This document shows positions 53,091 to 64,000 of a DNA stretch of 64,000 nucleotides, piece by piece; the stretch's first letter is position 1; each line of letters starts with the position of its first letter. The notes under the pieces are model-generated. The model was not told the origin of the DNA. It made no database searches and saw nothing but the letters and a program-made list of their open reading frames with translations. The translations under genes and the position numbers were made by a program. Source of the stretch: Rhynchobatus australiae (lineage: Eukaryota); NCBI GenBank assembly GCA_034780895.1, contig JAUZTB010000048.1, positions 14,196,750-14,260,749 on the forward strand. Direction: 5' to 3'.

Positions 53091-53489
53091 GCTGAGTGAC
53101 AGGGAATGGAGATTCAGTGACAGACCAAATATATGAAAGAAATCAGACTGCCAGTTGCCCATTAGAGTGGCTGCTGTACACGGCGGCCTCATCATGTTTG
53201 CTTTCAAACTACACTGAGCACCTAAATCAGCAGAGTGAATGCAGATGGAAGTGGACAGTAGGACTGCAAATGGCTACAACAATGTCATCAAACTTTTTCA
53301 TTCAACTGCAGGAAAGCTTATTATCACTATTGTGTTGTGTGTTTAACTGTTTCAGTGATGCAAACCTGGATTGAGTTTAAAGATAAGATGATTCCTGAAT
53401 TGTAACAATAAACTGATATTTTGTTAAAAAGGAAAAACTTTGTTTTTTAAAAATAGTACAAGATGCTTGCGGATCAGGCAGGGTCTTTG

Positions 53490-54480
53490 CAACAATGACA
53501 AAACCTGGATTTATTTGGACCCTTAATATAGCAAAATATCCCAAGGCACTTCACAGGAGTGTTATTAAATAAGATTTGACACTGAGTTATATTAGGAGAT
53601 ATTCAGGCAGATAAACAAAAGGCTAGTCAAAGACATATGTTCCAAGGAACATTTTAAATGGAGCAGAGAGACAAACTTAACAAAGCATGGAGGTTTAGGG
53701 CAGGAATGCCAGAGCTTAAGGTCTTAAGCTTAAGGTCTTAAACTGAAATCACCACGGGTTAAATTCTGGAATGATTAAGAGGCCAGATTACTAAAGCACA
53801 TATATTAGGAAGGTTGCAATGCTGGAAGAGTTTACGAAGATAGAATGAGGAAAAGAGTTGAAAGGAAGGGTGAATATTTAAAATCACTTGGCAATAACCC
53901 AGATCCAGTGTGGATCAGTGTGCATGTGAGTGTGGGTGCATGGGATTGACATTGATTAAGACCTGGGCAACCTGTTGTAACCTCTTGTTTACAGATACTC
54001 AAATAAGTAAAGTCATACAGAAGGTTTTGGATAAGTCAAGTCTAGACATAGCAAAGGCATCCCTGAGGGCTTCACCAAATTTGAGAGCAGTCTGGTTCGG
54101 TTTCATATTGTGTGGAATCTGATTTCTTATGATATTGCTGAGGACAGTATGCATGTGATAAATAGAAGGGGCAAGAAATAGATTCTTGGGGGCTACAAGA
54201 GGTAACAGTATGTGGGTGTGAACAGAATTGTTTCCAAAGTAATTTTTTTCAATTGCAACCGTTGATGAAGAGCTTAAGTGAACTGTTGAGAATTACACTG
54301 AAATGGTTTGTGGGACTGGACACCTCATTTCCTTGACGCTGCATTGGATGTACTTTAGGAAGGACTGTAGAGCTCAAAGACACCCATGTAAAAATGTGGA
54401 CTGTCTCATTCAAATAATGATCAGGAGGCTGCTCTGTTGTTGTATCTAAGCTAACTACATCAATTTCTTCTGTTCTAGAC
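53490..54480 (-). mobile_element. L2-type LINE 3' portion, old
   Basis: Terminus AAATATCCCAAGGCACTTCACAG resembles the Deu-SINE tail at about 13440; GGAGGTTTAGGGCAGGAATGCCAGAGCTTA and GATAAATAGAAGGGGCAAGAAATAGATTCTTGGGGG (PQESISCPFY on the minus strand, cf. PQGSILGPLLF). Confidence 0.6.
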
Positions 54481-56499
54481 ACCCCAATAAATATGCAAAT
54501 AAGTTGTTTGTCTTCACACATAAGCAGGTTTGTTCCCTCTGGCCTGGCTTCTTCTTTCAGTCCACATTATTCCTTCAGTGCACATCCATGTTTCATTGTG
54601 GCAGAAGCAATGCGTGAGGATTGCCATTTTGTGTGGGCATGCTAAGCCCATGGAAGCATGTGATTGCAAGTTTTAATGTGTGCAGTAAGGGCATGATTGT
54701 ATTCCGCAATTGATTTTGCAGCTCAATTTTGTCCTGTAATGAATAAACAAACATGAACTATATATTTGAATTTCTAGGTTAGTGTTTTGCCTTGGATTAC
54801 AAAAAAAAGCCGTCTAAATCATGAAGCAACTATTTGTAAAATATTATGAATAAATTATCAACTTAAAAAAAACATACAAAAGAGAATTCATTTTGAACTG
54901 GAGTGCATTACACTGGGAATCTGTTCCACTAGATGTNNNNNNNNNNNNNNNNNNNNNNNNNNNNNNNNNNNNNNNNNNNNNNNNNNNNNNNNNNNNNNNN
55001 NNNNNNNNNNNNNNNNNNNNNNNNNNNNNNNNNNNNNNNNNNNNNNNNNNNNNNNNNNNNNNNTAATGTATTTATAATTGTCCTTAAATCTTTTTACTTG
55101 TCATAATCAATACAATTTTTCATCTGTGAGCTGTTCTAGGTATACAATTGCAGTAAACTACTGCAATTGAGCAAAAATCAAATAACTGATAACACTGAAA
55201 GGCGCCGAGAAGCAGATATACTCCAGTCTGGCAAGCTGCCAGGCTTGAAACCCAATAATTTCTTTCAGAGCTGGTCTAGTAATTCCAAAGTACCAGCCCT
55301 CACAGTTGAAAATGGCTCTGAGCCCCACCAGTTGTCATATGATAATTGTATCATGTATTTAGGCAAAGGCTCTTTTATATATACAGTATATAATCTATCC
55401 AAACTAAAGGAAAATTAATTATCTCAGTATATTTATTGTAACTTGGCTTAATTTCACTAATTTGGAATCAAGATGTTGTTGTAAAATCAGATACTTAATT
55501 ACAAAGTGGAATTAAGTGTGAGCTTTGTGCACCAGAGTTTTCTATGTTAACGTTAATGTGAAAAGAAGTTATGAAGGAAATGAAAATTAACCATTTGATT
55601 GATTTGGATACCATTTTGCTATTGCAACAGCCACATCTCTGGCTATTACACAACTGAAAATTAAACATCTCAAACTATATGCACATTAATGAGTTACCCC
55701 CAAATCCTTTTTTTTTCCTTCCTTTTTGGCTCCCTCTTATCAAATTACTTTATATGGTGCTTCACATTGATTAATTTTGCCTCATTGCCAGACTTGTTCA
55801 GCAATTAACTTCCATGTTTCAATATTTTTTTCAATCTTTGTGTTAAGCATATAATTAATCAGCTGTTAAATAAATCCTTTTTTTATGCCTGCTTCTCCAA
55901 CTATAGTTACTTTGGTCTATAGTTACTGCTTTGGATATCCAATCCTCATTTCTTATATACTTGTGCAGCAAGCATGATGCAGTCAATACAGCAACTAATT
56001 CAACTAATTGACTAACTGCTGGCCCCATTTGGACCACCTCATTGTAACTAACTGTCTAGCCCTGGCATGTAATTCTGCATTTGTTGCTGTCTCCTACCAT
56101 TAATGATTTCTTAACTCCTTGATTGTTTACTCAATACATTTGTTATCAAATGCATAATGTGCTTTTACCTTTTTTTTCTGTGATGGTGCATTAGCACCAG
56201 AGCCTAAACAACAATTTCTGGTGAGTTTTTAGTTGAGGTAATGCAGAATTGGTGAAATAGGGCATTTTGTTTGATCCCACAGTTTTAAGGTAGTTTTAGT
56301 TGTGATGCAATATTCTCCCATATTGTTGTTTGCCTACCTTAGTTTGATCCTCAACACTTGTGAATTCACAGGCTGAAGTAGCATATTGCCCATGCATGCA
56401 CCCATAGATCCATGTGGTCATTTTTTGGATGCAGCATTCCATATCTGATATTACCCATATATTATCGTCCTTTGTCAGATGCTGTGGGTGCTCGTCATA

Positions 56500-57000
56500 C
56501 TTTTGTTTTCTTTCGTGGCCCTATTCCAGAATCTTCATTCACATAAATCATTGCTTCCTAGTACAGTTTCTGAGACTGGCCACCAATCCTTATCTAACAG
56601 TCCGGATTCCCAGTAAGAAGCTCTCTTAGAAACACTAATTATTAGCAATAATGGTCCCAATGCCACTGGGATAATGTCCTGATCATCATCCTCTCCCATG
56701 AGGCCAACAGTGCCATCCCCATGTGGCATGTCTTATCTCAACTGATGTTCTCATTCCAATTGATCCACTAATTTAATTACTGTTCATGGACCAGTGTAGG
56801 CTTATTGTCCATTGTCTTGCCTTTTTGGATTATAACCGTGGCAAACTCTGAATACAAACTGCATCTGATGCCACTAGTAGGATTAAGGTTCCTGTTGGCT
56901 TAATTGTTCATTCATTTTATCCTTCAAATCTTCCCCACCAACTTGTCAGTAGACATTAGTATGTTCTGACGATGTGACAGGTTGTCACCCTCTGGTTGGC
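56500..57000 (-). mobile_element. CR1 RT fragment, very old
   Basis: AAATCTTCCCCACCAACTTGTCAG resembles LTSVVGKI on the minus strand with a frameshift. Confidence 0.35.
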
Positions 57001-57899
57001 TAATTTTTGCCAACAATCCATTTAGCTGTCTTTTTATTACCTCTTTGTGTTCCCACACATTATCTGTATAAATCCTACTTACTTCTGACAACTTGCCATG
57101 ACTTTTGTTCCTGTGCGTTTCTGCCATATTGTGCTATTGCTAGTTGGACCCTTGGACATCTTTCTTAGCTCTCAGTCTGTTTCTAATTTTACACCAGCAA
57201 TTCCTTTTACAAATCTATTGTATATTAATTGTAAATAACTCCCTTGTCATTATCCTGTTGATCTATTCAAGTTCATTTTTTAACACAATCAAGTACTGCC
57301 ACAAAGCATAGGTCATTATACAGTACAGTTCCTGATTCTATTACTTCCAGTCCATTAACGCTGAAGTTGTTCAGTTAAACTAGATTATTGAGGTGGATTT
57401 CTTCTTCACTGGTTCTGTTGTGTCATTCTTTTCATTTGATACCATTTTTATATTTGTAGAATAGATCCTCCATGATTACAGCAGATGTTTCCCTTCCCCC
57501 CCCCCCCACCACCTTCCCTCCACCCCTCCTTTCACACATTGGCCAAGAAGTTCCTTTTCACAACCACAGGAGAACAATATTACATCTCCCACTGGGTGAC
57601 TTAGCACCAGTCAGGAAGTTCACCTCTTGATTTTCTGGTGGGGTATTAATTTGCCGTTGAACCACTTTCTCACGTAAAAGGCCCCCAGATGACATCAACA
57701 ATAGTGCAACATACAAATTAGAGACCCGTAAACTCCTGCAATTTTAAATTCATTACTGCACATGTATACTTGATTGGGTTGCCTGTGAAGGTCATTCTTG
57801 GCTTCCTATGCAAATGTCACTGTTCTCTCCCACAACCCACAATTTTTGCTCTCTGTTCCATTAGAGAGGTTACCCAAGGAGGAAAAAACTGCATCTACT

Positions 57900-58232
57900 T
57901 TTCCTTCAGGTAGCATGGCCACAGGGAGTGTTACAGCCTTCCCCTAAGTGCATCCACTTATGGACTGCACTCTTGTCCTGACAGAGTGCTCACTGGCAAG
58001 CTTTATCCAGGAATGCCTGAAGTCCTGGGCAGTTTCAGTCCCCTTCTTGCACAAAGCACCTGTGAGCACAAACCTGTTGCGGTCCCTCTAACCTGATTGT
58101 TTGAAGGCCAGCCTTCAAGTGTCCCTCCTCCTGTAATGTCTACAGGTCCTGCATAGAACTCATCAGTCACTTGTAGTGGAAGCAAGTCATCCACCACCCC
58201 AAGGCAATGCATCAGAACACAGCCACTGTTGT
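57900..58232 (+). mobile_element. RTE-clade LINE 3' end
   Basis: CNVYRSCIELISHL (cf. CxxxCxSRIGLISHLR), followed by the AGTGGAAGCAAGTCATC terminal motif. Confidence 0.55.
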
Positions 58233-58827
58233 CTCCATAACTGATGCATTGATTGCTTGGTGCACACAGGACCAAATGTGTCACCCATTCTTTCTCAAGT
58301 ATCTGCAGCCTTTTTAACCTCATCTTCATAATTTTATAAAAAATTGTGTCTTTATCTCTAACCTCTGGTTTCAGATTGGTCTCCCCTCATCTATCACAGA
58401 TTTCATTTGAATCTTTTGGTTGGGATCCCCAGCTACATTTCCCCAATTTTCTTTTGACACCACTCTGTCACTTGTTGTTTTGTTCATGTGACTGGAGTTA
58501 TTTAGTCAGACTGGATTATTTAGGTGAATTTCATCTTCACTGGTTGACTTGCATCATTTGAGATGTTGATGATTGATTCCTGAATTGCAGTAAATGAAAT
58601 AAAATTCACCTCCACTCAGTCACACCCAATATTCCCATCCCTCTTTAAACTGCCTCCATGTCTTCCTAAGCAATTCATGATGACCTGTTGGTTTATCCAT
58701 CTCCTGACATTGCAGCCATTTACTAATCCCACTCGTTCTCAGTGTCTGTCTTCGATGTGGGTGTCAGAGCTCTACACCACCTGTCCTTTGCTCCACCTCC
58801 ACTATCACATCATGAATACAGTTTGCT

Positions 58828-59145
58828 GAGAACATAGGGAGCAGGGGAAGGCCAGTCAGCCTGTTTGGCTGTTTGATAGGATCACGGCCTCATCATCGCT
58901 TTCCTGTCCTTTCTCCATACTCCTTAGCACCCTTAACCCACAACAGTGGTTGTGTTCTCAGGCAATGCCTTATGGTTGCGGATTTGCTTCCACTACAAAT
59001 GTCTATCAACCTCAACTTCAAAATATCAATGGCTCTGCTTCCACTGCTGTCTGGGGTAAAGAGTTCCAAAGGTTTCCACCTCTCTGAGAGAAGAAATTCC
59101 CCCTCATTTCCCTCTGAAACGGATGACCCGTTATTCTGAGGGATG
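58828..59145 (-). mobile_element. CR1 3' end with a ~60-bp internal insertion
   Basis: AGAACATAGGGAGCAGG...; minus-strand LRITGHPFQREMRGNFFSQRGGNLWNSLPQTAVEA. Confidence 0.75.
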
Positions 59146-59149
59146 ATTG

Positions 59150-59470
59150 TGAGTGTGCTGTCAGAGAGGCAGTTATAACAACCTGACTCTTAGTACTTAG
59201 CGAAAGGTAGACATATTCACACCCTGCAGGCCCAGTGTCATCCCCTGTGTGAGATATCAAGTGATTTTATAATCTGCTGGAAGGCAGGTGACAGTATTGC
59301 CCAAGTAGCCTCAAAGCTGCCGGCAGCAGTGTCATCGAGTGCTGTGCTTACAAGTCTGCATTTGACTGGCACCAGTCCGAGCTTCCTGTGGTGCGCTGTG
59401 AGGCTGGGTGTGGCTCCATTGGTTTCAAAATGGCAGCTGAAGCCTCTGCCATCACCCACCGCACAGTGGC
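59150..59470 (-). mobile_element. Possible Harbinger transposase relic
   Basis: LVPVKCRLVSTALDDTAAGSFEAT resembles the Harbinger/HARBI1 motif LPVxVKVxxALxFxAxGSFQ. Confidence 0.35.
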
Positions 59471-59479
59471 TAGATCTGC

Positions 59480-59960
59480 GATTGCAAGGGTGCAGAAGAG
59501 GTTGACCAGGATGTTGCCTGGATTAGAGAGTATTTGCTTTAAGGAAAGTTTGGACAAACTGAGATTATTTTCTCCAGAGAGTCGGAGGCTTAGCTGCAAC
59601 CCTTCAGAAGTTTATAAGATTATGAGAGGCTTTTTCTCATATGAGATAGTCAAAGTCTTTTTCTCAGGGTGGAAATCTTAAATACCAGAGGGCATAGGTT
59701 TCAGGTGGGGGGTGTATAATTTAAAGAAGATTTGTGAGGCAGGTTTTTTTTTCACAGAGAGTGGCAGGTGCCTGGAAGGCATTGCTGAGAGATGGTGGAA
59801 GCATTTACGAAAGCAACATTTAAGNNNNNNNNNNGAGGCATTTAGACATAAGCATCAACAGGCAGGGAACGGAGGTATTTGCGGGCAGATGGGATTGGTC
59901 AGATTGGCATCATGGTTGGTGCGGACATGGTGGGCCAAAGGGCCTGTTGCTATGCTGGAC
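59480..59960 (+). mobile_element. CR1 LINE 3' end
   Basis: RVQKRLTRMLPGLESICFKESLDKLRLFSPESRRL..EVYKIMRG, plus the typical tail GGGCCAAAGGGCCTGTTGCTATGCTG. Confidence 0.85.
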
Positions 59961-60624
59961 ACCACTTCCAAACCAAAGAGGATGGTGCCTGGTTCCATCT
60001 AATGCAAGGCTGAACCTGGATTGCTGCACTCCATTAGATGTAGATGCCTTTTAGGTACCTCTCACCTCTTTAGATATTGTACAATTTAAACTCAAACATT
60101 GCAGACTATTTTCAAGCTGAAGAGTTCTTACTCAAGCTCTTTATTTTACCTTATTAGTTCCATTTTACAGAATGACCTTTTGTGGTGCTTCATCATTCAT
60201 TTTCCCCGATCCCAGACACCCATCCAGGTTTCAACTGCTGTGTTATCTGAATTTTCTGTGTCCATTCACATGCACATGTTGCTTGTTGCCTTGACCCCAA
60301 CCCCATTATTTACTTCTTATCATGTCTCTTTCTCCTTCCTCCTCTTTTCCCCTCTTCTGCCACCCAATCATGGCATCTTTCTCGTCCCTGCAAAATCCAC
60401 AGTCCAATGCTTCACCGTCTAATGCTGTTGTCCTGCTAATCAAATATGAGCTTGAAACCCATCTACAGTAACTGTTTCCTCTCCAAAATCTTGGAGCAAA
60501 GTCTCAGCTCCGTGCAGTTGATAACACAGGCAGAGCTCAGAGGGATGAGGTTGCTGCATTGATTACCCAGGCTTACGAATCAATCATCTTTTCGCCTCTG
60601 AGAGAATAGTTGCTGTTTGGCTTA

Positions 60625-61065
60625 ATTTCATAGACTCATATAGCACAGAAACAGACCTTTACGGCTGACCTTGTCCATGCCAACTATGATGCCCAGCTGC
60701 TCTAATCCCATTTGCCTGCGTTAGGCCTTTGTATATCCCTCAATGCCTTTCCTATCCAAGTATCTGCTCAAACACCTTTTAAACATTGTGATTGTACCTG
60801 TCTTCACCACCTCCTCTGGCAGCTCGCTCCAAATATTCACCACCCTTAGTGTGACAAACCTACCCCTCAGATCGCCTATAAATTACTCCTCTATCACCTG
60901 AAACCAAAGTCCTCTACTTCGCGGGTCCCTTGCCCTGGGAAAAAGATTCTGATGATCAATCCTATCCATGCCCCTCACAATTTTATAAACCTATATGAGG
61001 CCATCCCTCAACTTTCTGTGTTCCAGTGAGAATAAACCCAGCTGATCCAATCTCTCCTGGTAACT
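60625..61065 (-). mobile_element. CR1 LINE 3' end
   Basis: CATAGACTCATATAGCACAGAAACAG...CCCATTTGCCTGCG...CACCACCTCCTCTGGCAGCTCGCTCCA...CCCCTCACAATTTTATAAACC. Confidence 0.85.
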
Positions 61066-61759
61066 ATTTGTTGAATATGTAGCAGAGATTTCACCTGGTT
61101 TTTCATTTATGGTTTTTTGAGAATGGACATTGTCTCCAGGGCAACATTATTACATATTTCTACTTTCAATGGAAAAGTGACGCAATAAAAATCCTAATGT
61201 GGAACAGTTCATTCATTGCTGTTATTTACTTATTATTTCCTGTTTAATACATTTATTTGACCATTAAAGTATTATTCTGCCACCTTTCAAAGACTCAGTG
61301 AAGTTGACTCATTTGACAATGAAGCCTGTAAGTCATGTGAAAGTCTTTTTTGTTCCCTGAACACAGCACACATAACAAAAGATCAAAGCATAAGGATGTA
61401 GAGAATATCCTATTTACCTACAAGGAAACAAATGTAGATATATAGAAAATCTTAAATGTAACAAGTTCCCTGCATCTTAGCTCCTTTTCTGTCTAGCTGA
61501 CCTGTTAATGAAGGCTTCGTATACTATCCAATATTAAAAAGGCAAATTGAAAAAGGCTGCAAGAAATATATTTAATGCATTTAAATTCAAAATGTCTACT
61601 AGTTATATGCATTTACAAACAATACACAGAAGATGTGTGTGTATAAATTGAACTGCATAGTCTGCTAATTTGCTGTATAATTAGATGCAAGGACATAAAA
61701 ATCCATGGGCCGTAATTCTGGAACTTGTGTCAGGTTCATACCTACTTGTAGTTTGTAGG

Positions 61760-61840
61760 GTGAGTCCATCATAGTGTGCATCTTGGTCCATCATAGTGTG
61801 AGTCCATCATAGTGTGAGTCCATCATAGTGTGCATCTTGG
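61760..61840. repeat. Compound minisatellite, 4 x GTCCATCATAGTGTG
   Basis: Perfect units at 61764, 61786, 61802 and 61818, separated or followed by CATCTTG or A. Confidence 0.9.
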
Positions 61841-64000
61841 TTGACTTCTGGAAATGAAAAAGATTAAGCTAGCCTAACATTCTACCTCATCTTTGGCTGT
61901 CTTGTGATCTCTTTCAGAGTTTTTCTGTCGCCTAATCCAGCACAAGCAAGGTTACCAGTAATATATGGTAATAATATGCAGAGCCCAGCAAATACTTTTC
62001 ATATTATTAGCAGACAGATGTTTAATATGCATTTATAACATTCTGTACACTATTTGAACACATGTGTTAAGTATTTAATATGAACAAGTTAACATCAGTA
62101 GTTAAAAGAAGGGAGGGGGAATATGATGTCACAGATCACATCACAGGTAGTAATTTTCAATGTGGTCTATTGTGTAAAAGTGTACTGGGACACTAAGTTC
62201 TCCAGTTAGGAAAAATATGTGGTCCTAGATCCAGAGTTTTGGCCATCCTTATCTGACTCTCCCCTATGAGTCAAACAGGACCTATCAGCTCAGACTAATC
62301 TATCACAATCACATTGATGGTCTTAAGTCAGACATAACCAACAAGTTCATATCTTCAAACCAATCCTAACCAATCAATGAGACACTATATTTGTTGAAAA
62401 CATAAATAATCTTTTACAAAATAATGGTAAATAATTTAGGACCTTTCAGCTCTTTTACTCTGTCTCAAAAAATGTCATTAGCATATTGTTTTGTGAGCAG
62501 ATCAGGCTGGTAAAACTAATTGGATCATCAGTTTAAAGGCATTTTAATTATAAATTGCTATCACTTGCACAGAACAAAGATGATGTATCACGGCTGATCA
62601 ATGCCCTTAAAAACTAGAGATGACCTCACCACAAAAATAATGAAAGTTTTCAGAAAGCTTAAACATGGTATGGTCTCATGGTGATAATACTTATTCTTGA
62701 AAGGGGAACACATGAATTCAAGAAAATTCAGAAGGCATTCGAGCATACCAGATCTACAATATTGGTGTAACTTGCCAAAACAATGAGTTTTGATGCAAGC
62801 TACATCTCTTACTGTATTCACAAGATTATCTGTTCACAAGAAGTATGTATATTGTAGTTGCATTCGGATNNNNNNNNNNNNNNNNNNNNNNNNNNNNNNN
62901 NNNNNNNNNNNNNNNNNNNNNNNNNNNNNNNNNNNNNNNNNNNNNNNNNNNNNNNNNNNNNNNNNNNNNNNNNNNNNNNNNNNNNNNNNNNNNNNNNNNN
63001 NNNNNNNNNNNNNNNNNNNNNNNNNNNNNNNNNNNNNNNNNNNNNNNNNNNNNNNNNNNNNNNNNNNNNNNNNNNNNNNNNNNNNNNNNNNNNNNNNNNN
63101 NNNNNNNNNNNNNNNNNNNNNNNNNNNNNNNNNNNNNNNNNNNNNNNNNNNNNNNNNNNNNNNNNNNNNNNNNNNNNNNNNNNNNNNNNNNNNNNNNNNN
63201 NNNNNNNNNNNNNNNNNNNNNNNNNNNNNNNNNNNNNNNNNNNNNNNNNNNNNNNNNNNNNNNNNNNNNNATAACAACCCTTTTAGGATACTTGGAGAAC
63301 TTCATTGCATAAAAGAAAGGCATTTGGCATGTTGTGCTTACACCCTTTCTCTGAAAGACCTATTCACTTCATTCCATTTCCCTACCTAATATATTTTTTT
63401 CTTGTAAACACAATCAACGGAATTTGTTGCCACCGTAGTTTCTCGTATAATTTTTTTTTCTCCAATCCATTATCTGCATAGAGAAAATTTAGCCAACCTC
63501 TCTCGTTTTTTGAAATAAACTAAGCATTTCTTCTCAATTGAACCCAGCTTTTGGGTGATGAGGCACTTAAACTCAGAGTCCACAACTTAGAATCGCTTTA
63601 ATTCTTGCTGCCACTGACAAACTCTTAATACTTTATATGTAATATAATTTAAATATAAGTTAAAGTACAAGGCCTTGAAATTATTGTCTATATTAAAGCT
63701 ATTTTTAAATCTGACATTATATTGTGAATAATAATGAGTTATATTGTGAAATATTGATATACCTGCTCTTTACCTGTATGGAATATTGAAAGAATACAGT
63801 CGCTTACATCAACATAATTGTATGGAACTAAAGTTACATTTCATACCAGTGCAGCACTGATTGGTATTGGAATTACTCCATAAAATCATTCAACATTTTT
63901 TCTTGACATATATTGGGAAGCTGATTTGATTTACTTTGAAAGCTGGTTCACTTTGGTAATTATCTAATGCAATTTCTCATTGTTGTATTAAATAATTGAA

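Noticed and set aside
747-63389. Long ORFs in the track (e.g. 48838-49761, 37404-38105, 15693-16364)
   Set aside because: Their length comes from N-runs translated as X; the called residues are retroelement remnants or look random.
1-64000. CRISPR arrays, operons, prokaryotic or viral systems, true tRNA/rRNA genes
   Set aside because: No repeat-spacer array or dense coding region; the tRNA-like A/B boxes belong to SINE heads.

Overview
Eukaryotic, AT-rich draft-assembly sequence with many N-gaps. The repeat content points to a cartilaginous fish, probably a ray or other batoid (inference from recalled repeat families, not a database search): HE1-type V-SINEs, SacSINE1/Deu-type SINEs, CR1, L2, RTE and Rex1/Babar LINE fragments, Penelope-like elements (PLEs), a Tigger-like MITE and Harbinger-like relics. 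I can support no intact protein-coding gene, rRNA, tRNA or CRISPR array, so the window reads as intronic or intergenic. All long ORFs in the track are N-gap read-throughs or decayed retroelement ORFs. Main observations: (1) a ~90-bp segment present three times at 26.4-27.7 kb, apparently by serial inverted local copying, with one copy flanked by a 17-bp direct repeat and another sitting inside a SINE tail; (2) at least five decayed PLE-type minimal hammerhead ribozyme motifs in two co-varying subfamilies; (3) let-7 seed-match sites in the Rex1-like LINE 3' UTR; (4) weaker exon, promoter and hairpin candidates. I found no convincing novel multi-gene system. Boundaries of old repeats are approximate (about +/-30 bp).
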